From contig CAVXJH010000007.1 in assembly GCA_963762115.1 (NCBI GenBank), forward strand, positions 16,694-80,693: a stretch of 64,000 nt of DNA, written 5' to 3'. Numbering within the stretch: the stretch's first letter is position 1; each line of letters begins with the position of its first letter. Of the stretch, positions 9,076 through 18,719 are shown one piece after another. Position numbers and translations under genes: made by a program. The notes under the pieces are model-generated. The model was not told the DNA's origin. It ran no database searches and saw nothing but the letters and a program-made list of their open reading frames with translations. The stretch comes from Candidatus Babeliales bacterium (GTDB lineage Bacteria > Babelota > Babeliae > Babelales > JANWKD01).

Positions 9076-9921
9076 TCAATGAACATTTTCAACAAAATCT
9101 ATTACTTCTTTGAATTCATGGTAACTTAGATCACGATTAATAAGAGAGGCACTTCGCTGTAATGCTCGCATCATTTCTTCTTTATAACCGATAATTCCAA
9201 GAGCTAAAGCATAGTGCACATAAGAATTATAATAATCATTTTTATACGAAAAATATTGAGCCCATGCAACTAATGCTTTTTGTGCATACTCACGGGCAAG
9301 TGATTTGTCACCTTGCTCTATAAGTTTTTTTGCATAATTAGCAGCACCAACTCCTTGACTATAATAACCTCTAAATCCATAAGAAACCCTTTCGTTAGTT
9401 CCCCAATAATCTGCAACTCTCACAAGTCCAAGTTCATATTGTTCTCGATACAAAGCAAATCGAAAATAATACTCATTTTTAAAAGAATAAAATGCTTTCT
9501 TGGATTGACCATCAGCTTCTTTAATGAGTTTATCAAACATTATTTTTGATTTTTTGATCATCCTCTCTTTTAGCGGTTCAGCGGTAATTTCTGAACAATC
9601 GCCAAGGAGTGCTGCAAGGTCAGACTGAAGAGTGAAATTTTGAGGAAATTTTTCTAATCCAAAAAGTGTGATCTTAATAGCCTCCTCATAATTACATTCA
9701 TGAACCTTTATGGTAGCTTCTTGGCTAAATGCATTGGCTTCTTCTGAAACAATCGTATTGACTGGTAGCAATTCGATGTTAAGCGCCTGTTCGATGATAC
9801 TATTCTTATCGCTTTGTGACATTTCGATTTTTTCATATTGAAGGGATCTTTGACAAAACATCCAAAAAGGAACTGTGTATACAAATAATGTAACTAAAAT
9901 AATTGGAAAGTATTTTTTCAT
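9076..9921 (-). CDS. hypothetical secreted protein (281 aa), helical/TPR-like
   Basis: signal peptide MKKYFPIILVTLFVYTVPF; AAGGA RBS. Confidence 0.5.
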   Translation of the reverse strand: MKKYFPIILVTLFVYTVPFWMFCQRSLQYEKIEMSQSDKNSIIEQALNIELLPVNTIVSEEANAFSQEATIKVHECNYEEAIKITLFGLEKFPQNFTLQSDLAALLGDCSEITAEPLKERMIKKSKIMFDKLIKEADGQSKKAFYSFKNEYYFRFALYREQYELGLVRVADYWGTNERVSYGFRGYYSQGVGAANYAKKLIEQGDKSLAREYAQKALVAWAQYFSYKNDYYNSYVHYALALGIIGYKEEMMRALQRSASLINRDLSYHEFKEVIDFVENVH

Positions 9922-10121
9922 ATTATTCCTTAACGTATTAGTTATTTTTAAATTCTAATTTTATTTACTATGAAGTATATTTTTGATAATACCTTCAAGA
10001 AGGCTCTCATTATAAATATCATCTACATAGTATTGAGGAATATAGGGCACATTTGCTTTCCTCATTCTATTACGATACACCTTAATTGGAAAATGTAATG
10101 TTACCAATGAACTTGGTAATT

Positions 10122-10709
10122 TTACATCGCGGCATTCTTAACGCTTTTAAATACAGCATTTTGCAAATCTACTTTTAAATATTTCAATAGTTTTATAAAA
10201 TTAGGCCATCCACCCAAATCACTCAAATGAAAATCTCGTTGGTCCAAGTTTGTGACATCTAAAATTATCCCAATCTCTTCAACAACAAATTTCATTTTAT
10301 ACTTTTTATCTTTAACATTCCAACGGATTTTAATCATTCCATCACAACCAACATGGGGATGTGCCAACGAATTTCTAATCACTTTCAAAATCATTCGAGC
10401 AGAATGCAAATCTGATTTTTTTTCTTGATTTATTTCTTCTTTGCTGAATAAGTCAAAATAACCTTCTGCACAAGCGGATATGTAAAAAACACAAGTAGCT
10501 AGAGGTAGCATTTCTGCATATTCTAAAGAATTATTCCAATTAACTTTGGGTAAAAAAGGGAAAGTATCTGATAAAGATATATGTGAAAAACTAGCAAGAT
10601 TTATATTATTGTTAAGAATATAAGTTGAAAGGTTCAAAGACCAGGAAATAGCATCGATTGCGCTTTCAAAACTAAGAATAACTGCTTCATGCTTCTTAAT
10701 TTTATCCAT
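10122..10709 (-). CDS. hypothetical protein with R-x4-H motif (RNSLAH), HEPN-like candidate
   Basis: 195-aa ORF, GGAAG RBS; motif KVIRNSLAHPH resembles the HEPN Rx4-6H signature; last gene of a TetR-headed same-strand cluster. Confidence 0.5.
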   Translation of the reverse strand: MDKIKKHEAVILSFESAIDAISWSLNLSTYILNNNINLASFSHISLSDTFPFLPKVNWNNSLEYAEMLPLATCVFYISACAEGYFDLFSKEEINQEKKSDLHSARMILKVIRNSLAHPHVGCDGMIKIRWNVKDKKYKMKFVVEEIGIILDVTNLDQRDFHLSDLGGWPNFIKLLKYLKVDLQNAVFKSVKNAAM

Positions 10710-10898
10710 TACTTCCTATCTGTTTTAAAATTAAATATAAATCGCAATGTCTTCTTTATTCATTTTTGAGTCAGCCGCTATTTCCTGATTTAATTAACAT
10801 CATTAAAGCAGCTATAGCGGGACCGCTTAAACCAACAAAAAATAAAAGAAATAAAAGATATTGCATTGATGGTTGTCATCTTTTAAAAACTAATAATA

Positions 10899-11156
10899 TT
10901 ACATTAACTTTCTAGAAATAAAATGCAAAAGACGAAACAGTACGCTCAGTTTCAAACTATTCTCGTTAACATCAATATTTACATCTTCAGGACGGGCTTC
11001 TGCGATATTTTGTAAAGCTTCATGAAGCAATTTATCAGCTTCATTTTTATCAAGGCTTTTACATTTTTCTAATACGGATGAAAAGTATAAATCTGCTTCC
11101 TTAGGATCTTTTAATTTCTTGATTAAATCTGCATGAGTTCCTTTAGCATTTACCAT
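10899..11156 (-). CDS. small hypothetical protein (85 aa)
   Basis: overlaps the TetR gene stop by 14 nt (translational coupling); N-terminal half loosely resembles the non-HTH half of HigA-like antidote proteins. Confidence 0.4.
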   Translation of the reverse strand: MVNAKGTHADLIKKLKDPKEADLYFSSVLEKCKSLDKNEADKLLHEALQNIAEARPEDVNIDVNENSLKLSVLFRLLHFISRKLM

Positions 11157-11820
11157 TTTTTACCTCGTTATTTTTATAAGAAATTCTTTTATCAACAATT
11201 TTTGTATTTTTTAACATAAACTGAAAGGATCCTTGCGGCGCTTTCAATAATTGCTCAATGAATTGAGGGAACGTTTGTGCCCTACGACTTAAATCTTCTT
11301 GCGACCAAGGATAAATTCCCATATCAGTAAGAAATTGAACACCGGCAAGAACAAATTCTGCGCATTCCAACGGATTATTTGTCTGAAAAATCCCTTCATA
11401 GCAACCTTGCTGAATAACTTTGGCATATAAAGAAGCTTGTTTCATTAAAGCAGTCGCTAGAAGACGGGTGTGCATAGAACTATTACAACTCCGATGCAAG
11501 GGATCTACAATGAAATTATTAGATGCAGTCATATTACCAACTTTGATCAACGATTTAATTTTTTCTAAGGCAGTTCCCGTTGGGCTTTCAACAATAGATT
11601 GCATCTGCTCAAAATTCTCATGCACAATATCTTCTATAACTGCTTCAAGAATAGCTTCTTTAGATTCGAAATAATGATAAATAGTTCCTTTGGCGATACC
11701 AAGGTAGTCCATCACATCTTGCATGGTTGTTTTGTCATATTCCTTGGATTGGAACAGGTAACGGGCAGCATTCACAATATCTGATCTTCGTTCCGTGGGT
11801 TTCTTTATAATTCTAGCCAT
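11143..11820 (-). CDS. TetR/AcrR-family transcriptional regulator
   Basis: N-terminal HTH RRSDIVNAARYLFQSKEYDKTTMQDVMDYLGIAKGTIYHYFESKEAIL; start trimmed to MARIIKK with GGAGA RBS. Confidence 0.8.
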   Translation of the reverse strand: MARIIKKPTERRSDIVNAARYLFQSKEYDKTTMQDVMDYLGIAKGTIYHYFESKEAILEAVIEDIVHENFEQMQSIVESPTGTALEKIKSLIKVGNMTASNNFIVDPLHRSCNSSMHTRLLATALMKQASLYAKVIQQGCYEGIFQTNNPLECAEFVLAGVQFLTDMGIYPWSQEDLSRRAQTFPQFIEQLLKAPQGSFQFMLKNTKIVDKRISYKNNEVKNGKC

Positions 11821-11868
11821 GCTTAATCTCCGATTTTTTGATTGAATATAAACATAGCTTAACATTAA

Positions 11869-11881
11869 ACCGACCGTCGGT
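11869..11881. promoter_or_regulatory. palindrome accgacCgtcggt, candidate TetR operator ~50 bp upstream of the TetR start
   Basis: 6-bp inverted arms around a central C in the TetR upstream region. Confidence 0.4.
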
Positions 11882-12139
11882 CAATGGACTTTTGATTAGG
11901 ACTATTTTACTGGAGGCAACCGGTAAAAACCATGTAAAAAACCCCAGGAATTATCCCGAGGATACTATATTTATTGTTATCATTTTAAAGGCTAGCTTTA
12001 GTATAAGGCCCCTAATAAAAAATTATGCATGCAAACAATATGACTAAAATAATTGAAAAGTGTTTTTTCATTAGTATATTCCTGAAAAGCCTGAGTTTTC
12101 TTTTGTTTAAACTGTCATTTTATACATGAGGTCTATTTT

Positions 12140-12337
12140 TTAAAATAATCTTCTTGTAAATGTTTTTGAAATATAAGATGTTTCATTTCGATGATGTTCT
12201 TTTAATGTATCATGGATGACGTTTAGATCTTTCTTGAAAACATTCTTCCAAGGACAATGGTTTTTTTGGGCAAAAAAAATAACTAAGCAAAAGCTTAGTA
12301 TGGTTATTATGAAAAATATTTTTTTAGATAATTTCAC
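12140..12337 (-). CDS. possible small membrane/secreted protein (65 aa)
   Basis: hydrophobic N-terminus; overlaps the Nudix paralog 2 stop by 14 nt; weak. Confidence 0.25.
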   Translation of the reverse strand: MKLSKKIFFIITILSFCLVIFFAQKNHCPWKNVFKKDLNVIHDTLKEHHRNETSYISKTFTRRLF

Positions 12338-12839
12338 TATAAGATCCTAATAAAAAATCAATCAATAGCGGCAAATCACCCTTAGAAGGCTCTCCGTGTT
12401 TGATTTTTTCTTGTAATTCTTGAACAGAAATCCAACAAGCAGATTCAAAATCATCTTTATTATAATCAGGCATAATCGAGCTTTTAATCACATAAAGATG
12501 CATAAAGGCTGACACCCCGTGCTCATGAGGAGTTAATTTTCCAATCATTGTGTAATCACATTCAACAAGATTAAGATTTAACTCTTCTTTCAATTCTCGC
12601 TCAAATGCTTGTTGATACGTTTCACCTGCCATGACATGCCCACCAACACTAGCATCCAAACATAAAGGAAACAATTTTTTGTATTGAGTACGACGTGGAA
12701 TCAAAAGTTTCTGTTGATCATTAATAAGAAAAGCATTAATAACGCGAAAAAATGAAAGATTTTGGTCATAAATCTCTGAACGAAGTTTCTGACTGATTAC
12801 TTGATCATACTCATTTACAATATCTAATAGCTCATCCAT
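12324..12839 (-). CDS. Nudix hydrolase (paralog 2)
   Basis: same Nudix box as 5009..5521; ~85% identical. Confidence 0.7.
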   Translation of the reverse strand: MDELLDIVNEYDQVISQKLRSEIYDQNLSFFRVINAFLINDQQKLLIPRRTQYKKLFPLCLDASVGGHVMAGETYQQAFERELKEELNLNLVECDYTMIGKLTPHEHGVSAFMHLYVIKSSIMPDYNKDDFESACWISVQELQEKIKHGEPSKGDLPLLIDFLLGSYSEII

Positions 12840-13118
12840 AAAAATAACTTTGTTTTTCTAAATTTATAATACATCCAATACATTAAAACGACATTAAATA
12901 TTATAATAATCTTTTTGCAAAAAAACTCTGCTAAGGAAACCAAAATAGTTAAGTCTAGTTCATGAAGATACACAAAACTCATAGAACGTGCTTCTTCTGT
13001 AATTACAGAAAGACTCTCAAAACAGAGTAAAGATACGAATACTTTCTTTATTTTTACCATATTATTTATAAATAATATCGCAATTTCATTCTTTTTATAA
13101 ATAATTTTTATTTTCTTC

Positions 13119-13147
13119 TTTGACTTTTCTGTGATTTTCTTTAAAAT
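13119..13147 (+). promoter_or_regulatory. candidate sigma70 promoter for the tRNA cluster (TTGACT, 17 nt, TAAAAT)
   Basis: -35/-10 hexamers with 17-nt spacer ~20 nt upstream of tRNA-Val. Confidence 0.4.
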
Positions 13148-13168
13148 TTGTTGTGTTCCAGTTTACAA

Positions 13169-13243
13169 GGGCGGTTAGCTCAGTTGGTAGAGCATCAGTC
13201 TTACAAACTGGGGGTCACTGGTTCGAGCCCAGTACCGCCCACC
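13169..13243 (+). tRNA. tRNA-Val (anticodon TAC)
   Basis: cloverleaf: acceptor gggcggt/accgccc, D-arm gctcagttggtagagc, anticodon loop cTTACAa, T-arm ggttcgagccc, CCA encoded. Confidence 0.85.
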
Positions 13244-13355
13244 ATGCTTCGCATAAAGCTTCGTATGGCAGTCCAGCTCTTCGAAGCTCGTTAGAGCGTA
13301 GTAGAGCAATTGGCAGATTTATACCTGGCGCGATTATGAAAGTTATTGAAATTTG

Positions 13356-13432
13356 TTCCTCGGTAGCTCAGTTGGTAGAGCACACGACTGTTAATCGTTA
13401 GGTCGCTGGTTCGAGTCCAGCCCGAGGAGCCA
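13356..13432 (+). tRNA. tRNA-Asn (anticodon GTT)
   Basis: acceptor tcctcgg/ccgagga, anticodon loop ctGTTaa, T-arm ggttcgagtcc, CCA encoded. Confidence 0.85.
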
Positions 13433-13528
13433 GTCATTTCCTTCAGAAATGCCTGGCAAGCCAGTTCTTTATAGCTAAAGTTATTCTTTTGTGATAACTT
13501 AATAAGCACATATCTTTTGAATTTCTTT

Positions 13529-13605
13529 GGAGCTGTAGCTCAGTTGGTTAGAGCGTCCGCCTGTCACGCGGAAGGTCGTGGGTTCGAGTCCCATCAGCTC
13601 CGCCA
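13529..13605 (+). tRNA. tRNA-Asp (anticodon GTC)
   Basis: acceptor ggagctg/cagctcc, anticodon loop ctGTCac, T-arm gggttcgagtccc, CCA encoded. Confidence 0.85.
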
Positions 13606-13672
13606 GTCTTCGCTCTTTATAGAGCTTCAGCTGGCAAGTCGTTTTTTTTAATGAGATAAATATAATATTTTT

Positions 13673-14260
13673 TTGGCCGACATTATGAAAAAGCCTTTTC
13701 TTCTACTAATATTTTTAATCTTTACTTCTTCCAATGCATTTTTTATAGAAAATACATTTTTGCAAGCTATAGAAAATTATAAAAATGCTTATAATAACCT
13801 AGAAAAAAACATAGATCAAATAAAGGTGAGCCGTTTTTATTATGGAGGTATAAGGGAACTGAGGTATATATGTAAAACAACAGAATCATATGACAGCTTA
13901 AAGGCATATAAAAATGCTAAAGAGTCTTTTCAGGGTGCTAGTTTCATAAATGCTTTAGGTGATGGTTTCATTTTGGGTATTTTAGCTGCATATTGCAACA
14001 GAACATTAAATGGTAAAATACTTAATAAAAAGATAATTTTATCTACTGTTGCATGTATAATTGGTTTGGCTTACTACAAAAACTATAAAATTGATAAAAC
14101 TCCATATTTTGATGAGGACCTAAAAAAACAACCCAATAATGAAATCCTTAGTTTAAACCTTCTTTTGCCTTTCATTTCTGCTTTTATAGGGTATCTTGGA
14201 ATGGAGTTTACTTTAATCAAAATTTCAGAAATTTTTAAAATTCAACCTTGTCCAAATTAA
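13673..14260 (+). CDS. hypothetical membrane protein
   Basis: ORF with N-terminal signal/TM and internal hydrophobic segments. Confidence 0.45.
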   Translation: MADIMKKPFLLLIFLIFTSSNAFFIENTFLQAIENYKNAYNNLEKNIDQIKVSRFYYGGIRELRYICKTTESYDSLKAYKNAKESFQGASFINALGDGFILGILAAYCNRTLNGKILNKKIILSTVACIIGLAYYKNYKIDKTPYFDEDLKKQPNNEILSLNLLLPFISAFIGYLGMEFTLIKISEIFKIQPCPN

Positions 14261-14353
14261 AGCAATTCTTTAAAATCTTTATAAAAAAAATAAATTTTAG
14301 CTATTTTCATATACACTAGACTCTATAACTCTTTTTAAAAAATTTTTTAAAGG

Positions 14354-15286
14354 ATGTCGATGGCAACGTTTTCAGATTATTTGCGTAATATTTTTTTTAT
14401 TTTACTGCTTTTGCAATTTGCTCCACCGCTGCTTAAAGGAATCAAAAAACAATACATCAATTATCTGGAGCCAAAAACAAAAGTTGGTTGCCTCACTATT
14501 AAAGGTACCATTGACGATTCATCATATTATGCCCATGTACTAAAAAAATACTTTGAAGATTCAACGATTAAAGCAATTTTACTAACCATTGATTCTCCGG
14601 GCGGATCAGCCGGCTCATCAGAAACAATCGCCCATGAAATTGAACTACTCAAAATAGAATACCCCAAACCTATCATTACGCGAACATCAGATATTTGTGC
14701 ATCAGGTGCCTATTATATTGCAGCAACAACATTCATTTTTGCTGCACCCTCAACAATCATTGGTGGCATTGGCTGTTATCTCCCTAATCAATTCAAACTT
14801 AAAGACTTTATTGAACAACACAATATTCACTATAACATGATTAAAGCTGGTGATTTTAAAGTGGTAACCGACCCTTTTGTTAACACAACACCCGAACAAA
14901 ACGCTTATTTACAAAGCGTTGTTGATGATTCCTATCAAAATTTTATTGAACATGTTGCAAAAAATCGACCTGCTTTAACATTTAATACTGAAAAAAAATG
15001 GGCTAATGGAAAAATTCACAGCGGCCGCCAAGCATTATATTTGGGACTTATTGATCGTATTGGATCACAAACAGATGTAGTGAACAAAATAAAGGAAATG
15101 GCAATGATTGAAGGCGATATTGAATGGGTACAACCAGAACGCCAAAAAGGAATTTGGGGATTGCTTAACCCACCAGATTACATGGCAGATATTGGAGAAT
15201 CATCATGGCTAAATTCAATAGTGAGTACAATTTTTACCATTATTGAAACACGTTACCAAAAAATTGGCGTGCAACAACGTTTATAA
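14354..15286 (+). CDS. sppA: signal peptide peptidase SppA (36K type)
   Basis: LTIDSPGGSAGSSETI and catalytic-Ser region DICASGAYYIAA typical of S49 peptidases. Confidence 0.75.
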   Translation: MSMATFSDYLRNIFFILLLLQFAPPLLKGIKKQYINYLEPKTKVGCLTIKGTIDDSSYYAHVLKKYFEDSTIKAILLTIDSPGGSAGSSETIAHEIELLKIEYPKPIITRTSDICASGAYYIAATTFIFAAPSTIIGGIGCYLPNQFKLKDFIEQHNIHYNMIKAGDFKVVTDPFVNTTPEQNAYLQSVVDDSYQNFIEHVAKNRPALTFNTEKKWANGKIHSGRQALYLGLIDRIGSQTDVVNKIKEMAMIEGDIEWVQPERQKGIWGLLNPPDYMADIGESSWLNSIVSTIFTIIETRYQKIGVQQRL

Positions 15287-16099
15287 CGTACCCTTTTTGA
15301 GCAAACAGCAATATTCGATTTCTTTTAAAGAAAGTAATGGTTTTACCACAACTTCATAATGCAAACTAGCAAGCTCAAAACAATGAATTTTACCAACGGC
15401 AAAGCCTTGAGGAAAGATAACGCCCTCACCACTTGATATAACTAATTCATCAAGTTCAAGAGTATCAAGATGACTCACATATTGCAAAGCTCCTGCATAC
15501 TCATTAAGCATTCCTTCATAAATGCCTTTGGCATGAGAACAATTACAATAAACGGGTATTTTGCAAAGAGGATCTGAGACACAAATCACTTTACTATAAT
15601 AAGGATATACCTGACAAACACGCCCTAATATACAATTTTTGTAAACAGCAACCATATCAACTTCTGCACCGTGAACTGCACCATAATCAATGAGAAATGA
15701 ATGTTCGCAATCCGAAAATTGCTTCATAATAATTTGCGCACAAGGCAATGAATCTGCTGCATACCGTACAGAAAAATCAATAAGCTCTTTTATATTTTCT
15801 TGATACCAAATAGTTGAGTGCAAAGCGATCACTTCAGCCAAAAGATCTTTCTTTTCAGCACGTAAACGCACAACCATTTCTTCTAACTGTGCAATCGAAT
15901 GTCGATCGGCCAAAAAACGTTGCACCGGTTTTACGATCATATTTTGTAACCGTAAAAAAGGATACATAACAAGGGATGCACCCTGCTCTAAGATACCTGG
16001 CGCAAAGAAAAAAAAGCGATGAGCCATAAAAAAGAGCAGAGCGCCTATAATAAGAATCCGCAACATAAAAGCTGTTTTGCTTTTAAACACTCCGTGCAC
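15281..16099 (-). CDS. mreC: rod shape-determining protein MreC
   Basis: N-terminal TM, coiled-coil, C-terminal GAVHGAEV...ISSGEGVIFPQGFAVGKI resembling the MreC beta-domain motif. Confidence 0.6.
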   Translation of the reverse strand: MHGVFKSKTAFMLRILIIGALLFFMAHRFFFFAPGILEQGASLVMYPFLRLQNMIVKPVQRFLADRHSIAQLEEMVVRLRAEKKDLLAEVIALHSTIWYQENIKELIDFSVRYAADSLPCAQIIMKQFSDCEHSFLIDYGAVHGAEVDMVAVYKNCILGRVCQVYPYYSKVICVSDPLCKIPVYCNCSHAKGIYEGMLNEYAGALQYVSHLDTLELDELVISSGEGVIFPQGFAVGKIHCFELASLHYEVVVKPLLSLKEIEYCCLLKKGTL

Positions 16100-17051
16100 C
16101 TATTGCTTGTAATTGTTCTTTTACATAAAGAGATGAATGAGAAAGCACCAAATCATTTCTCACCAACGTGGCATCAGGAATACCGCGCAAATAAAAAGGC
16201 AAATGTTTCCTAAAACAGTAAAACCCTTTATTGCCATAATAATTTTCAAGCATTTCTAGATGCAGCAAAGCATACTTAAAAACCATCTGCTTATCAACAC
16301 TAAAAGGCATTCCTTGTGAATGCATCTTTAATTCATGCAATTTCCATGGCTTACTCCACATGCCACGCCCAATCATATACCCATCAACACCAGTTTGCTC
16401 ATAGGCCATCTTTGCCGTTGCCCAGTTAATGACATTCCCTGATAACAAAACAGGAATTGAAAGTGATTTTTTTACTGCTGCAGCCAATGCATAATCAGGT
16501 CTTCCGGCAAACATCTCATCACGGAGTCGAGGATGAATGGTGATTGCTGCTGCGCCACAATCTTCAATAAGTTTTGCAACATCGAGGGCATTTTTTTGTT
16601 TAAACCCTGCTCGTATTTTCACGGTAAAAGGAACGGGTAAACGCTCTCGCAAACGATCAAGTACTATTTTTAATCGAGGCAAATCTGCCATGAGCGCTGA
16701 TCCCGAACCAGATTTAATAACATTTTTTGCGGGGCAACCGACATTGAGATCAACCAAATCAACCCCTTGGGCTATGATTTTCTCACAAGCCAAATCAATA
16801 TCTTTTTCTGCGCAAGCGGCAATTTGATAATTTAGCGGCCGCTCATCTTGACTAAAATGTAATGCTTTTAATCCTGATTTATCGTGCGCAACACAAGAAA
16901 CATGACGCATTTCGGTGAATAATAGTTCTTCTTTTGAAAAATGGCGCACCAATGTGCGAAATGGTGAATCGGTTATGCCATCTAATGGCCCACCGATAAA
17001 ACGAGGGTATGCATGATTGCCAATCTTTACCTTCTCTGTCCAATAACTCAT
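16083..17051 (-). CDS. dus: tRNA-dihydrouridine synthase
   Basis: GITDSPFRTLVRHF, VDLNVGCPAKNV (catalytic Cys), ITIHPR motifs of the Dus family. Confidence 0.8.
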   Translation of the reverse strand: MSYWTEKVKIGNHAYPRFIGGPLDGITDSPFRTLVRHFSKEELLFTEMRHVSCVAHDKSGLKALHFSQDERPLNYQIAACAEKDIDLACEKIIAQGVDLVDLNVGCPAKNVIKSGSGSALMADLPRLKIVLDRLRERLPVPFTVKIRAGFKQKNALDVAKLIEDCGAAAITIHPRLRDEMFAGRPDYALAAAVKKSLSIPVLLSGNVINWATAKMAYEQTGVDGYMIGRGMWSKPWKLHELKMHSQGMPFSVDKQMVFKYALLHLEMLENYYGNKGFYCFRKHLPFYLRGIPDATLVRNDLVLSHSSLYVKEQLQAIGARSV

Positions 17052-17126
17052 ACATTCCTTGATAATAATAACAAAATTTAACCTATACTCTCTAAGAGTA
17101 TATCGCAGAGTTACCTTAATAAAAAG

Positions 17127-17825
17127 CTAAATAGTTGGCAATAATTGCTGATAAAGGTTATTTAACGCATCAATTAAAGCTTCAAGTGATTTTTTAATAG
17201 TCTCTCGCGAAATTTTTTGAGATTGTTGACTTAATTCTCGTTGCTTTTCCCTGCGCATCTCTTCTTGCACAATTGGCGTTTCTCGAACAATAAATTCTTC
17301 TGCTTCATTTTTTTCTGCTGCTGTCCTTTCAACACTCTGTTTAATAACTGTTTTATAATAATGTTCTATATGTTCTGGCGAATAACCAAGCAACATTCCT
17401 GCAAGATACTCATTATAGAATGCATCTTTATATATTTTTTTTTGTTTTATTGACTGCTCTAACATGCGCAAAAATAATCGGGCATTTTTTTCTCCTCGTG
17501 GAGTATATAATAACAAAAGCGTTTGGCCAAAAGTAACCTGTGGATCAGTAAATAATTTTTTTATAGCATATTGCTCCAAAGGCAAAAATTTCTCGTCGAT
17601 CGTCTCTAGTTCACTTTCCGCGCCCCAATAAACATCCTTAAAGCCCCGAATCATACAAGCAAGAGCATGATTTATGTTATCTTTCACAGCTTCTTGCCCT
17701 TCTTGTCGTATCGCTGCACCGCATGTTTCTTTGCTCGGCACAAAATTTTCCAAGGCCAAAACATTCACAAAAAAAATCACCGAAAAGAAACAAAAACAAA
17801 TCTTATAACAATAAACACTCATCAT
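17127..17825 (-). CDS. hypothetical secreted protein (232 aa)
   Basis: signal peptide; no family recognised. Confidence 0.45.
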   Translation of the reverse strand: MMSVYCYKICFCFFSVIFFVNVLALENFVPSKETCGAAIRQEGQEAVKDNINHALACMIRGFKDVYWGAESELETIDEKFLPLEQYAIKKLFTDPQVTFGQTLLLLYTPRGEKNARLFLRMLEQSIKQKKIYKDAFYNEYLAGMLLGYSPEHIEHYYKTVIKQSVERTAAEKNEAEEFIVRETPIVQEEMRREKQRELSQQSQKISRETIKKSLEALIDALNNLYQQLLPTI

Positions 17826-17967
17826 TCACCCTCTTTTTTATAAACCCTCACCTAATAAATAGTATCATTCCACTCAACGGCAATTCAATGAAAAACTATT
17901 CCATTTATTTTCATCCACTATTTTGCTTAGTATTATCGTATATACTTTTTCCATGCGAGGGACCTCT

Positions 17968-18636
17968 ATGAACAAACCATTAAAATTTTATTATGAAAAC
18001 TATAAAAATGTTGTAAAAGCAGCCTATCAACTTATGTCTGGCATTTGGAAAATTAATAAAATGGCAGGCCCCATTGTTACTATTTTTGGCGGGGCACGAT
18101 GGCATAAAAGTCCCTATGAAAAACAAGCTCATGATTTAGCTGCCCTTTTGATTAAACACAATATTTCAGTGATTACTGGCGGCGGACCTGGCATTATGGA
18201 AGCAGCCAATTGCGGTGCTGCAGAAGCAATAAAAAAAAACCATTCTAACGCAAAATCAATTGGCATTTCCGTCATAGGATTAGAACGAGAACAAGGCATT
18301 AATTCTTGCGCACAAGAAAAATTAATTGTTGATACCTTTTTAGTACGCAAATGGCTCATGGTTGAATATTCAGTTGCTTTTGTCATTTTTCCTGGCGGTT
18401 TTGGCACCATCGATGAATTAGGTGAAGTATTAACCCTCATGCAAACAAAAAAATTAGCCGGTGTTCCCGTCATTTTATTTGGCAGTCTTTATTGGCAACC
18501 TTTTCTTGATTGGATTCGAGAAACCCTTTTGAAAAATAATATTGTTTCACAAGCAGATGTTGAATTATTCAAAGTTACTGACAGCATTGAAGAAGCTTTA
18601 ATACTCCTAAAAGAACGCTGTAAAGTCTGCGAATAA
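17968..18636 (+). CDS. LOG-family protein (TIGR00730; cytokinin riboside 5'-monophosphate phosphoribohydrolase-like)
   Basis: TGGGPGIMEAAN and PGGFGTIDELGEVLT (PGGxGTxxE) motifs; start trimmed to MNKPLKF with GAGGGA RBS. Confidence 0.75.
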   Translation: MNKPLKFYYENYKNVVKAAYQLMSGIWKINKMAGPIVTIFGGARWHKSPYEKQAHDLAALLIKHNISVITGGGPGIMEAANCGAAEAIKKNHSNAKSIGISVIGLEREQGINSCAQEKLIVDTFLVRKWLMVEYSVAFVIFPGGFGTIDELGEVLTLMQTKKLAGVPVILFGSLYWQPFLDWIRETLLKNNIVSQADVELFKVTDSIEEALILLKERCKVCE

Positions 18637-18719
18637 TTGTTTTGTTTTCTTGAACTCTCTTCATTCACTATGCTACTATAAAATCAGATTTCAAATCACA
18701 AAAAAAATAGAGGAAAAGT

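Noticed and set aside
11838-12047. Track ORF 11838..12047 (+) divergent from TetR
   Set aside because: It starts inside the TetR upstream palindrome, has no RBS and a compositionally odd product; likely non-coding promoter region.
13153-13509. Track ORFs 13153..13401 (+) and 13291..13509 (-) across the tRNA cluster
   Set aside because: They overlap tRNA-Val and tRNA-Asn and their spacers, and have no coding features; artefacts of ORF calling over structured RNA genes.
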